64,000 nt of DNA from a virus. Under the pieces are notes generated by a model. It made no database searches, was not told where the DNA came from, and saw nothing but the letters and a program-made list of their open reading frames with translations. The DNA is taken from positions 3,285-67,284 of the IMG/VR virus record IMGVR_UViG_3300048924_000151; one strand, given 5' to 3'. A program made the translations under genes and the position numbers. This document shows positions 1-9,031 of this stretch, piece after piece. The number at the start of each line of letters is the position of its first letter. Within the stretch, counting starts at the first letter, position 1.

Positions 1-543
1 CGTAGCAGCCGCAGCTTTCGCACTTGCGACCGTCGCCGCAGCAGCGGCCTTAGCGCTGGCGGCTTGAATCGCCGCCGCAGCCCTTGCGCCTGCGATGGTC
101 GCTGCGGCAGCGGCCTTAGCGTTAATAACATTGCTTTGTGCAGTTGCAATCGCGGGGCCTGCGCTTCTAACCGCAGTAGCCTTTGCACGGGCAGTCGTTC
201 CAATGGCCTTTGCACGCGCGGCAACGATGGCAGGATCGGCCACCTTCGGCGATTTAGCAGTAGCACGATTGAGCTTGTTAGTGAGAGATAGCGCGCTCTT
301 AACCTGCGAACTATCAACATTCAGAGTAACACGCTTTGCTGACAGCGCAGCCAAAGCGCCGGAAATGCCCTTGATCTTATTCCGAACTTCGTTCGAATTG
401 ATCCGAATATCAATCGCCTTAGAAGACGACTTAAACGACTTCGCTGTAGCAAACAGCGCCTTCAATTCTTTGTTGATTTTTTTCGCGTTGCCACTCGTTT
501 CATCAACGAGCTTAAGGGTGGCCTTCTCGACAAAATTGGCCAT
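1..543 (-). CDS. Tape measure protein, N-terminal part (runs off window)
   Basis: ATG at 543 with AAGGAAG RBS; MANFVEKATLKLVDETSGNAKKINKEL..., Ala/Lys-rich helical, open to position 1; directly after tail tube. Confidence 0.8.
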   Translation of the reverse strand, partial: MANFVEKATLKLVDETSGNAKKINKELKALFATAKSFKSSSKAIDIRINSNEVRNKIKGISGALAALSAKRVTLNVDSSQVKSALSLTNKLNRATAKSPKVADPAIVAARAKAIGTTARAKATAVRSAGPAIATAQSNVINAKAAAAATIAGARAAAAIQAASAKAAAAATVASAKAAAAT

Positions 544-569
544 GTTACTTCCTTAAGAGATGGTATCAA

Positions 570-600
570 CCGCCCCCTGCACGCGAGATACAGGGGGCGG
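570..600 (-). terminator. GC-rich hairpin between tube and tape measure genes
   Basis: CCGCCCCCTG-N11-CAGGGGGCGG 10-bp inverted repeat. Confidence 0.5.
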
Positions 601-642
601 GATCAACAGAGCCGCTACCGGCGAAATAGCGGACCTGAGCCT

Positions 643-1053
643 TTAAGCAGCCTGGAGAACGCCAGCAGGCAGCAATTCATCGATTTCGCGATAGACCAGA
701 GTCATCGCGACTTCGTGGGTATCGGACTTGTCATCGCCGGTGCCGGTTCCCTGCACTGCCGAGTAGACGAGGCCGTTGTAGTATTCGATCTGGATGCCGA
801 TTTCAGAGCAGCCCTGATACATGGCGAGCGGGATGCGCAGGTCGCGTACCACAGACACTTCGATTTCCGCATTGGACAGAATGCGCTTGACATAGCCGCC
901 CGGCAACGGCTCATTGCTGTAGGCGCAAGCGCGGATTGTCGGAAGTTCTTCCGTCGCAAGCTGGTGTGAGATCGGGCCATAGACACGATCAGTTTCACAG
1001 TCATGGAACGTCAGCATGATATTCTTCACGCCGACTTGATTGCCGCAGGTCAT
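643..1053 (-). CDS. Tail tube protein
   Basis: 136 aa, immediately downstream of sheath. Confidence 0.8.
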   Translation of the reverse strand: MTCGNQVGVKNIMLTFHDCETDRVYGPISHQLATEELPTIRACAYSNEPLPGGYVKRILSNAEIEVSVVRDLRIPLAMYQGCSEIGIQIEYYNGLVYSAVQGTGTGDDKSDTHEVAMTLVYREIDELLPAGVLQAA

Positions 1054-1092
1054 CTTGATATCTCCTGATCTAGGTTAGCTCTATTGAAAGGG

Positions 1093-1119
1093 ATAGGGCA
1101 GGCGGGATGCCTGCCCTAT
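1093..1119 (-). terminator. Hairpin between sheath and tube
   Basis: ATAGGGCAGGC-N5-GCCTGCCCTAT 11-bp inverted repeat. Confidence 0.5.
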
Positions 1120-1126
1120 TATCGGA

Positions 1127-2638
1127 TCAGCAGTTGTCCAGCAGCTTGGGCTGAAGGTTCGAGACGATCTGGCCGACACGTACAGGCGGCCGATATACCA
1201 TGTTCAGGAACAACTTGTCCGGAACGCCCTGGCACTTCGGAGCCAATTCGAAGTCCGTTTGGAGAGTGATATCCGCATCGATATCATCGAACTCGCTGAA
1301 GATCACTCCCACCTGCGTCTTGGCCCAGGCACGAATGCCGCCGAGCATGAGGCGCGGGTTCGTTCCCTTTACGCCGGGACGGATGTCCGTATTTCTCGTA
1401 AACAAGCCCAGACCGTTGTAGGTCTGAAGCTGGGTCGCGAGAGCCACGGCCGTTGCAGCGGCGAGACGGCGCGAGGATACATCGCGGAATGTAGAGTTGA
1501 AACGACCTTCCGCATCGTATCGGTTGTTCGTGATATCATTCGCAATGACCGGCGATGTCAGAGCGCCCTGGCCGCCGTTCAGCGGAGTGGTATACACGAA
1601 GCCGCGATCCTTCAGCTGCATCTGCTCATCGTAAGTGAAGCATTCGGAGCAGCTTTCCGGAGCGGCGAGGCAGGTAAGCACACCGTATACCGGACCCTGA
1701 ACGCTGATCTCCGGGTTATCGACCGTTGAGCAGCAGGACTTGGCGGCATAGGCAGCGACCTTCAGCCAAGGAAAGATTGGATCGGTCGGGCAGTGCGCGA
1801 GGCGGGAGATGACCGCATCGTTGGTATCGCGAGCGAGGATGGTGCCGAGCGAACCGGCGTTGTAGGTATATCCCTGACCAAAGCACTGCGGCTTCGCACA
1901 AGACCACGCATCGTTCAGATACGCGATCATCGCCGCCTGCAATACCGGGCTTTCCGAAAGCACAGCGGCGCAGCAATAGCAGCATTCGCCGAGGATCGTG
2001 ATCAGATCGAGCGGTGTAGGATCGACAGAGCCGACGACCGTATGAGCCCATGCATAGATCAGGCCCGGCGGATAGTAGTCAAGACGGCCATGCCAGTTGA
2101 CTTCCGGATTGAGGAAGTTGCCGACCGTGCCGCCGTTGATAGCAGTGTAGGTTATGACGCCTGCGACCGCTGCGGCGGTGTAGGGGAAGCCGGGCGGGGT
2201 CGCAGCAACGATTGCGGCTGCGGCCTGCGTAACGCTCATGCCAGCTGTGATGAGCACGCTGATATTGTAACGGCTGTCTCCCCAATAGATATCGAACCGG
2301 CCGTCTGCGGTCGGAGCGCCGGTGAGGGTAAGGGTGTACTTCGACTGCACGGCAGCGTCGGCGTCTTCGCGAGGGATGACCCAGATTTCATTCGCGCCGT
2401 TTGCGCAGCATGAAAACGCGACCTTGAGACTTTCTGCAAGAACAGAGCCCTCGCCGAATTGAAGATCGACCTGACGAAGTGAAGTGACCTTCATCGGGAC
2501 ATCCGGAACGACGTTTCCGCCATCGTCTGTCTCGACATACTGCCCTTCGAGCAGGATACGGCATTTGCCGGAGTAGGCATTCAGAGAGGGATCGAAGCAG
2601 AGCCTCACGAAGCCGTCGCGCAGTGAATCGATGGACAT
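1127..2638 (-). CDS. Tail sheath protein (Mu gpL-like), Cys-rich
   Basis: 503 aa, FGEGSVLA motif, AVAGVITYTAINGGTVGN, position before tube; 18 Cys. Confidence 0.9.
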   Translation of the reverse strand: MSIDSLRDGFVRLCFDPSLNAYSGKCRILLEGQYVETDDGGNVVPDVPMKVTSLRQVDLQFGEGSVLAESLKVAFSCCANGANEIWVIPREDADAAVQSKYTLTLTGAPTADGRFDIYWGDSRYNISVLITAGMSVTQAAAAIVAATPPGFPYTAAAVAGVITYTAINGGTVGNFLNPEVNWHGRLDYYPPGLIYAWAHTVVGSVDPTPLDLITILGECCYCCAAVLSESPVLQAAMIAYLNDAWSCAKPQCFGQGYTYNAGSLGTILARDTNDAVISRLAHCPTDPIFPWLKVAAYAAKSCCSTVDNPEISVQGPVYGVLTCLAAPESCSECFTYDEQMQLKDRGFVYTTPLNGGQGALTSPVIANDITNNRYDAEGRFNSTFRDVSSRRLAAATAVALATQLQTYNGLGLFTRNTDIRPGVKGTNPRLMLGGIRAWAKTQVGVIFSEFDDIDADITLQTDFELAPKCQGVPDKLFLNMVYRPPVRVGQIVSNLQPKLLDNC

Positions 2639-2701
2639 TGGTATTCTCCTTGATAGCTCTTGGTCGATTTCAGGAAGTGATACTTGGTATCACTCTTTGG
2701 A

Positions 2702-3007
2702 TTACTTCGTGGTGACGGCTTCGGACTTGCCGGACTGCTCGTTCTGCTTCGCAACGACCTTCGCAGCAACGTCCGCATTCGGCGCATTCAGCTTCGCTGC
2801 GGCGGTGTCCACCGTAACCGGTGCAGTATCATTCACTTCGGCCTTCGAAGTATCCGGCTCGACTTCGATATCGCCATGAACGTTGATCAGGCGCTGAATC
2901 CAGCTGGTATTGACAACCAGCTTGTATCGATTGTTCGGGATTTGTTCACCCTTGGGGCCGTCGAACGCCACGCGGCCTTCCTTGGTCTTAACGCTGATCA
3001 TGCTCAT
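2702..3007 (-). CDS. Small hypothetical tail-region protein
   Basis: 101 aa, WIQRLINVHGDI motif typical of small pre-sheath genes; 4-bp overlap with upstream gene. Confidence 0.6.
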   Translation of the reverse strand: MSMISVKTKEGRVAFDGPKGEQIPNNRYKLVVNTSWIQRLINVHGDIEVEPDTSKAEVNDTAPVTVDTAAAKLNAPNADVAAKVVAKQNEQSGKSEAVTTK

Positions 3008-3573
3008 GTCACTTCTCCGGGTTGCTCATTGCGGATATCGAATGCTGGTCCGCAATAATCGTTTCTAGGCGAACATACGCCCGTACTAATAGACTTGCCA
3101 GCATCATGGCCATCGAGAGCATCGTCAGACGATACATCATCGCACCAAATGACACGAGCCTTAAGGCGAAAGCTTATGTTGATAGAGTATTGATCGCTAT
3201 CAACTTCCATCGAAATTATTTCAATGCGCTCTCTTGAAGGGCCACTATACATCCCCAAATGCGCAAAGAACTTATTTCGAAGGGCCTCATAATCGTAAAA
3301 CGCCCAAAAAGGCGTCTCGCTGCCGTCCGCACGCTTGTACCTTACCGTCTCTAGCATAAACTCTGCGATGAAGTCGTCAGCTATTTTAATAGAGCCGCGA
3401 GAATTTTGCCAGACGTGATCGATATCGGCACGCATGAGCGCCACAATGCACGTTGGCAAAGTGGGCATGTTTTCTTTCGTGATAGTTGCTTCCGATACAG
3501 CGAGCGCGCGACCCTTCAATTCCGGAAACCAGATTGCAATATTCGCTGCGAGGTCAGGGAGCAAAGCCGACAT
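3004..3573 (-). CDS. Tail terminator/completion protein
   Basis: 189 aa, synteny between neck genes and sheath. Confidence 0.6.
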   Translation of the reverse strand: MSALLPDLAANIAIWFPELKGRALAVSEATITKENMPTLPTCIVALMRADIDHVWQNSRGSIKIADDFIAEFMLETVRYKRADGSETPFWAFYDYEALRNKFFAHLGMYSGPSRERIEIISMEVDSDQYSINISFRLKARVIWCDDVSSDDALDGHDAGKSISTGVCSPRNDYCGPAFDIRNEQPGEVT

Positions 3574-3574
3574 A

Positions 3575-3970
3575 TTACTTGAACCTCATGAAATGGCCAA
3601 CGCCTTCTTTGTCCTTGTCGATTGCAAGTAACAAAGCCTCACGAGACATTTTACGCTTGGCCATCTTTGAAGTACCATCGCGCAAGAACTTAGCATAGAA
3701 CATTCCACTGCCAACGTTCGCCTCTTGGCCGTTGGAAGAACTGGATACACTTGCTAGGTGAGCTCCACTATCTCGCGCGGGGAATTCTCCGGGAGCAGAG
3801 GCGCGATGGTTACGGCCCTTGCGTCGGTAAACCCGTCCCGACTTCTTCGAAGCAATCCCTTTGCGGAATTCGCTCTCCGCGTTAGACGCAATGCGATGAA
3901 GATATAGCTGCGTGACGATCCTATCGCGATAAGCGACAAACGACTTCCAAGGATCGAACGACAATCTCAC
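3575..3970 (-). CDS. HK97 gp10-like neck/tail completion protein
   Basis: Basic HRASAPGEFPARDSGAHLAS and YAKFLRDGTSKMAKR motifs. Confidence 0.75.
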   Translation of the reverse strand: MRLSFDPWKSFVAYRDRIVTQLYLHRIASNAESEFRKGIASKKSGRVYRRKGRNHRASAPGEFPARDSGAHLASVSSSSNGQEANVGSGMFYAKFLRDGTSKMAKRKMSREALLLAIDKDKEGVGHFMRFK

Positions 3971-4413
3971 AGAGCTACCCCCGGAGGCAGATCGACAACC
4001 GCATTGAGCGCGTTCGGTTCTGTGGGGGGTGAAAGCACAGCCCCCCGCTCGACCAGTCGCACGTCGGCCTCAAGAAAATTCGCCGCTTCGTCATAATCCT
4101 GCCAAGCGATGACCTTGAACCAGCGTCCTGCGCTTTGCAAACGCTCTTCATAAAACCATACCGTCTGCGTAAAGTCGATGTCGCGACGGAAGCGGATCAT
4201 GATTTTATGCGTCCGAACGTCGCGAGATTGGCCAATTGAAAGGCCGTCTTTGCCGAAGTTCGAACCGATAGATACCGTGATGCGTGCCCAAGAATGGTAC
4301 ACATCTTTGCGCGACAATGACATATTGCCATCGCTCTCAACGACATCCTTCATCGTGCAAACTGCTACACGATGTCGGAATTCGCCTATTGTCGGTCGCG
4401 CGCGTGCCATCAC
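3967..4413 (-). CDS. Head closure (head-tail adaptor, SPP1 gp16-like)
   Basis: IGEFRHRV...THKIMIRFRRDI pattern; synteny. Confidence 0.75.
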   Translation of the reverse strand: MMARARPTIGEFRHRVAVCTMKDVVESDGNMSLSRKDVYHSWARITVSIGSNFGKDGLSIGQSRDVRTHKIMIRFRRDIDFTQTVWFYEERLQSAGRWFKVIAWQDYDEAANFLEADVRLVERGAVLSPPTEPNALNAVVDLPPGVAL

Positions 4414-5120
4414 ATCGACTCATCATCATACATGCGCCACATCTCTAGCGCGCCAGAAAGCAATGCAACGTTGTTGCTTCCGATGATGCCAACGTCGCCC
4501 TTCGATGCGCGATTGCGCACTGTCAAGATTTCATCGCCAGCATTCATGATGCTAAATGCGATGTATCTGAGAACGCCGCTTATGATGGTAGCCGGCACAT
4601 CGTCTTTGCAGGAAATTCCCGCCTTATACATGACGATAGCTTGAGGCAAAGATGGGCCGCGCCGACCGGAATGCGGTTCCGCGCAGCAAGAGGCAAGGTC
4701 CATGTGCGACGGCACCCAATCGATGCGGATTTTTCGTTCGCCTGCGCCTACTCTGATCATCTGATCGGAGATGCCGTTGACAGAGCCGTAGACGTATACT
4801 AGGCCGTCAGAAGACGGATACTTAAGGCTGTAAGTGATATAAGAGCGACGGCCTGAGCTCTTTGATACCACTTCCTCAACGCGGCGAGCCTCGCTGAGGA
4901 TCATGCCAGTATATTTTTCGGCGGCTTCGAATGCTGCACGCCGATAAAACTTCAACAGTTCGTTAGTCACGGATGGCACGTCATCCGTTTTCGTATGCTG
5001 TCGAATGAGTGACAGCGCACAAATGCTTTCAAGATCAAACTTGCTTGTCTGCACGGCAGGCGGAAAAGATTCACTCGTATCCGTGACTTCCGCTTGAAGA
5101 GTTTGATATCCGAGTTTCAT
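4410..5120 (-). CDS. Head-tail connector (gp6/gp15-like neck protein)
   Basis: RAAFEAAEKYTG and YKAG..DDVPATI motifs; ATGA overlap with upstream gene. Confidence 0.75.
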   Translation of the reverse strand: MKLGYQTLQAEVTDTSESFPPAVQTSKFDLESICALSLIRQHTKTDDVPSVTNELLKFYRRAAFEAAEKYTGMILSEARRVEEVVSKSSGRRSYITYSLKYPSSDGLVYVYGSVNGISDQMIRVGAGERKIRIDWVPSHMDLASCCAEPHSGRRGPSLPQAIVMYKAGISCKDDVPATIISGVLRYIAFSIMNAGDEILTVRNRASKGDVGIIGSNNVALLSGALEMWRMYDDESM

Positions 5121-5851
5121 CGGCAACGCCCGATGCTAAGATCGTAGCATGCGATATGGTTGTAATCGCTATCGCAATCGCGAGCAGGCTGATTGACTGT
5201 GATGCGGTAGATCGATCCGACGCATGCGGTTGGCGATACGGAAACCGGCAATGCAGTCTGATGAGCGCGCTGGCTGATGGTCTGCTCACTAAGGTTATAC
5301 TTCACTGGCGGCGTCAGCATGGAAGCGTTCGCAACCGGCGTCGGGGTCGCTTGGCCGACCGAAGACACTGCGATAACGCATTCCCAAATGCGAGGCGGAA
5401 GAACGCCGTTCGATAGCTCCACGAACAAGCGATCATATCCGCTGTATCCGAAGTCTGCCTTGTAGGTGAGGATGCCGTTGGTTATGGTAGCAGTGCCATG
5501 CTTCGGGCCGAACTGCGGCAGCAGTCTTGCCACTGTAGCGTTCAGAACCAGCCCGCCGAGAAGCGGGATGGGGTTCTCTGCGGAGCCATTCGAAGTGGCA
5601 GTGACAAACCATCCGCCCGCAATGACAGTCGGGCTATCGGCCCCGACCGCAGCAGCGCAGCCGCGAATTTCTTCAACACTGACCATCGTGCCGGACACCA
5701 AGCCTACGCCTCCGAGCGGTACGCTCCAAGGGGCATAGTTGATAGTCCATTTCTCCGTGACTCCTGCCCGCATCTGAACCGGAGTGCAGCAGCAGGTATC
5801 GCAGGAACCGATAAGGCCGCCATCGCGCGGATCGACAGTAAACGAATGCAT
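5117..5851 (-). CDS. Virion structural protein (collar-like), Cys-rich
   Basis: 244 aa, CDTCCC N-terminus, Ig/cadherin-like PKHGTATITNGILTY segment; between capsid and neck genes. Confidence 0.6.
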   Translation of the reverse strand: MHSFTVDPRDGGLIGSCDTCCCTPVQMRAGVTEKWTINYAPWSVPLGGVGLVSGTMVSVEEIRGCAAAVGADSPTVIAGGWFVTATSNGSAENPIPLLGGLVLNATVARLLPQFGPKHGTATITNGILTYKADFGYSGYDRLFVELSNGVLPPRIWECVIAVSSVGQATPTPVANASMLTPPVKYNLSEQTISQRAHQTALPVSVSPTACVGSIYRITVNQPARDCDSDYNHIACYDLSIGRCR

Positions 5852-5930
5852 GGTGGCTGCCTTTCTGAAGGGGAAGGTGGCCGAGGCGTCTTAGACCCGG
5901 CCGATTTGATCAATGCCTTGCGGCATCAAA

Positions 5931-6014
5931 TCAGGTGCACTTGAAACACGGCATCGACACGAGGACGACAGCGGGGTTCGTGGCGCAACCGGGACGGCAG
6001 TTGAGAACGATCAT
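5931..6014 (-). CDS. 27-aa Cys-rich micro-protein (putative disulfide capsid linking peptide)
   Basis: MIVLNCRPGCATNPAVVLVSMPCFKCT with GGAAGGA RBS; not in ORF track. Confidence 0.7.
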   Translation of the reverse strand: MIVLNCRPGCATNPAVVLVSMPCFKCT

Positions 6015-6066
6015 GATCGTATCCTTCCAGTTGACCTAACAGATTTGCGGCAACCCGCAGGGTCTG

Positions 6067-6603
6067 TTATTTGCCCTTCGAGGCCGCAGCCTTATCGGCA
6101 GCGACTTTGTCGGCGGCGGCCTTGTCAGCAGCAGCCTTTTCGGCAGCGGCCTTGTTGTCGGCCGCAATCTTGTCGGCAGTTGCGGTGGCGTCGGCTTCGG
6201 TAGCGGCCTTGTCGCTCGCTTCCTTGTCGCTCGCTTCCTTGTCGGCCAAAGAAGCTTCGGCAGCGGCCTTCTGGCTTGCCGCGATTTCATCCGCAGCTTT
6301 TGACATCTCGTCAGCCTGATGCGCCAGATATGCTTCGACCGCATCATTGTATTCGGAGATGAGTGCATCGTCCGGCTGATAGGCAAAGTCCAAGCGTATC
6401 ATCGTCGCCGCAACTTCCGGAGCGATGATGACGATTGGCGAACCTTCCTGCCACTCGACACGGATAGTCTGAGAAAAGACCGAAGCCTTGAACTCAAACC
6501 ACGCGATCCCGTTCACGGGCTTCTGAGAATATCGGGGACATACGGCGTAGAGACCCGAAGGCGTCTCGACATAACCGTCCGAACGCTTGTGCAATTTTTC
6601 CAC
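6067..6603 (-). CDS. Hypothetical protein with Ala/Asp/Lys low-complexity tail
   Basis: GTG start with AAGGA RBS; AADKAAADK repeats and 15-bp tandem repeat near 6208-6244. Confidence 0.7.
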   Translation of the reverse strand: MEKLHKRSDGYVETPSGLYAVCPRYSQKPVNGIAWFEFKASVFSQTIRVEWQEGSPIVIIAPEVAATMIRLDFAYQPDDALISEYNDAVEAYLAHQADEMSKAADEIAASQKAAAEASLADKEASDKEASDKAATEADATATADKIAADNKAAAEKAAADKAAADKVAADKAAASKGK

Positions 6604-6940
6604 GGGCCTTGATCCTTATGGTTGCTGACGTCTCGCTAACGTCATCCTTTTCCTGCTTGACGATCACGTCCATAGCTTCGTCAGCATAGAACTCAAACAC
6701 ATGCACTTTGCGAGCCGAGTGCAGAGTGGTGAACATCGGATGCACCATCAACGGCTTACCGTCTTTCGATACGCCGAGCAGGGCCGTGTCCGTATGGGGG
6801 GAGAACTGATAGACGCCAACACGACTATAAACCCCGATACGGGCGCGGTCGAACTCACGTGCTGACCTTGGCAGGCTTGCGGTGATGGTAACGAGGTCAC
6901 CCCCCGCTACCGACTTTGGCTTGCCAAGGTCATATCGCAT
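6494..6940 (-). CDS. Hypothetical protein (capsid region)
   Basis: MRYDLGKPK... ATG just after the decoration gene stop; 110-bp overlap with downstream gene. Confidence 0.55.
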   Translation of the reverse strand: MRYDLGKPKSVAGGDLVTITASLPRSAREFDRARIGVYSRVGVYQFSPHTDTALLGVSKDGKPLMVHPMFTTLHSARKVHVFEFYADEAMDVIVKQEKDDVSETSATIRIKARGKIAQAFGRLCRDAFGSLRRMSPIFSEARERDRVV

Positions 6941-6944
6941 GATA

Positions 6945-7421
6945 TTAAAATCCGCCCGGCTCAGTGCCGTTGTTGCCGGTGACGTTGCCGGCTGGCGAAA
7001 GACCGCCGAACGAGCCGCCCATCGGGAACTGACGAAGCAGGATAGCACGAACGCTTGCAACGGTGCCGGAGACGGCCGCGAGACCGACAAAGGCGTTGGG
7101 GCGGCAGGGGATCGTTCCGGAGCACAGCGTGCCGACTGGCGTTCCTGCGGGGATCGTGAACTGGGCAAGCGTACCGGCAGGGACGGAGCCGGGGGCCTGA
7201 CAGATCGCGATTGCAGAGACATCCGAAGATGCGCCGGGGACGCAAGGATCACCAGCAGACGGCGGCGCAGACACGACCTTGAAGACCGCGTCGACTGTGA
7301 TTGGTGCCGTGACTTCGAACTGCCAACCGAAGTTGACATGCTTCGTGATATCGCCAAGGACAGCGGCAGCGCCGGTCCATGCCGTGGTAGCCTGCATCTG
7401 AATGCCGGGATTGTTGTTCAT
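6945..7421 (-). CDS. Capsid decoration/minor capsid protein
   Basis: 158 aa beta-rich, several Cys, directly after MCP, AAGGC RBS. Confidence 0.7.
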   Translation of the reverse strand: MNNNPGIQMQATTAWTGAAAVLGDITKHVNFGWQFEVTAPITVDAVFKVVSAPPSAGDPCVPGASSDVSAIAICQAPGSVPAGTLAQFTIPAGTPVGTLCSGTIPCRPNAFVGLAAVSGTVASVRAILLRQFPMGGSFGGLSPAGNVTGNNGTEPGGF

Positions 7422-7463
7422 GGTAGCATGCCTTCTTTCAAGGACGAATTGCGGGAGCAGCTT

Positions 7464-7489
7464 ACGGGGCGATTGTTACATCGCCCCGT
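7464..7489 (-). terminator. Hairpin after major capsid gene
   Basis: ACGGGGCGAT-N6-ATCGCCCCGT. Confidence 0.5.
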
Positions 7490-7504
7490 TCCGGCTTGCG
7501 AAAA

Positions 7505-8995
7505 TTAGGGACCGACGACCAACGTGCGAGCGGCGGGGCAGCACATCACGAAACCGCCGTCTTCAGCGCCGAATTGGTACTTGACGCACCATGCCGACGA
7601 GCCGCCGACATACTGCTCCATGAACATCGGCTTCTTGGAGACCGCAGCGTATGCCGCATTCCAGTTGCCAGCGGCGGCGATGAAGTCGCCAGCGACGAAC
7701 GGTGCGCCATCGGAGCCACGAGTGCCACCGTGCGTCGGATCAGGCAGACAGTTGCTGATCCGAAGGCGCTCACGCGTATCGTCCGGCGAGTAGGTCATCA
7801 GACCATCGCCGAAGATGAACCGGCCGTTCGCATCCAGCGCCGATGCCAGATAGCCGAACACGTTCTGATGCATGGTAGCAACGACCTTGCCATATTCCAC
7901 AGGGGCCGACGCGATGAAGCGGCGGAAGTCCTGATGGTTGAAGGTGGTCGCACCGGTCTTCAGCTTCTTGAAGCAGTCGGCACGGAGCCAGCCGAGCGGT
8001 TCGTTGAGGCCGTCGCCTGCGATCAGGGCGCGGTTCCGGTTCAGGCGATAGCTGCGTGCAGCGGCGCGGAACATGAACGACAGCAGGTCATAGTTCGCTT
8101 CCGTCAGAACCTTCTTCTGGAAGCAGAACACGCCCCGGAAGTCGTGAGTCTTGCCGTTGACGTAGCGGATGTTGCCTTCGGGTCCGAGTTCAGCATCGCA
8201 CTTCGCATCGCAATCGTACTTGCCGATGGCGCCGTAGTCCACGATCTGCGGGTACATGAAGGATGACTTCGTGACCGACACGCTTGCATATAGGTCGATC
8301 AGTTCGGCGCACTCGATGTTGCAGTCGATTTCGATGCCGAGCATTTCCGGCATGAAGAACGCACTGTCCATCGACGCCGCATCAAACGCCTTGCGCTCGC
8401 CGACATCGAACGTGCGGATGATCGCCTCGCGGGTCTCAATGCCCGCCTTCGCCAGCTTGCGAGCCGCCGAACGATAGTCCTTGGCGATGACCAAGTTCTC
8501 CATGTCCGGCTTGAAGTCGTCATCGATGCCGCCCTTGTAGAGGAAGGCGCGGCGCTGAAGCTCCACCGCATTCTTGCGGTCGGCATCGACAAGGTCCTTG
8601 CCGCCGACGATGATAGGAGCGTTGAGCTCCCTCTTGAGGCTGTCAAGAGTGGCGCCGAGGGCCTGATGCTTCTGCACCATTTCGGCGTATTCGTCCGAAC
8701 GCTTCTTGACTTCCAACTTCAGGGCCTCGTTGTCGCCCTTGAGGCCGCCGAAATGGTTCGTCAGTTCGGAATACTGCTTCTCCATCGCAGTCTTGTTCGT
8801 CGCCATCAGTTCGGTGATGGAAGCGAGTTCGGTGGTCAGGGTCGCCAGCATCTTTTCGGCGGTCTTGTCATCGCTCGCAGGCGCTTCCTTGGTCAGAAAG
8901 ACGCCGGGACGGATATGGGAGAATGCCGAAGTGCTGCTGCCGAACAAAACGGCAGCAGCCATCGACATGATAGCAAGGTGGGAGTTCGGGCGCAT
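7505..8995 (-). CDS. Major capsid protein (HK97 fold, with coiled-coil delta domain)
   Basis: 496 aa, ALIAGDGLNEPLG motif, N-terminal coiled coil, follows protease; 10 Cys. Confidence 0.9.
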   Translation of the reverse strand: MRPNSHLAIMSMAAAVLFGSSTSAFSHIRPGVFLTKEAPASDDKTAEKMLATLTTELASITELMATNKTAMEKQYSELTNHFGGLKGDNEALKLEVKKRSDEYAEMVQKHQALGATLDSLKRELNAPIIVGGKDLVDADRKNAVELQRRAFLYKGGIDDDFKPDMENLVIAKDYRSAARKLAKAGIETREAIIRTFDVGERKAFDAASMDSAFFMPEMLGIEIDCNIECAELIDLYASVSVTKSSFMYPQIVDYGAIGKYDCDAKCDAELGPEGNIRYVNGKTHDFRGVFCFQKKVLTEANYDLLSFMFRAAARSYRLNRNRALIAGDGLNEPLGWLRADCFKKLKTGATTFNHQDFRRFIASAPVEYGKVVATMHQNVFGYLASALDANGRFIFGDGLMTYSPDDTRERLRISNCLPDPTHGGTRGSDGAPFVAGDFIAAAGNWNAAYAAVSKKPMFMEQYVGGSSAWCVKYQFGAEDGGFVMCCPAARTLVVGP

Positions 8996-9031
8996 AGCCG
9001 TTTCCTTCAGTGACAGTTGCGGGGGACGCGC

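Noticed and set aside
6941-7357. N-terminal extension of the 287-aa ORF 6494..7357
   Set aside because: Out-of-frame shadow of the decoration gene; the real start is likely ATG 6940
8900-8995. Signal-peptide-like N-terminus of the major capsid protein
   Set aside because: More simply part of the cleaved delta/scaffold domain of an HK97-type capsid
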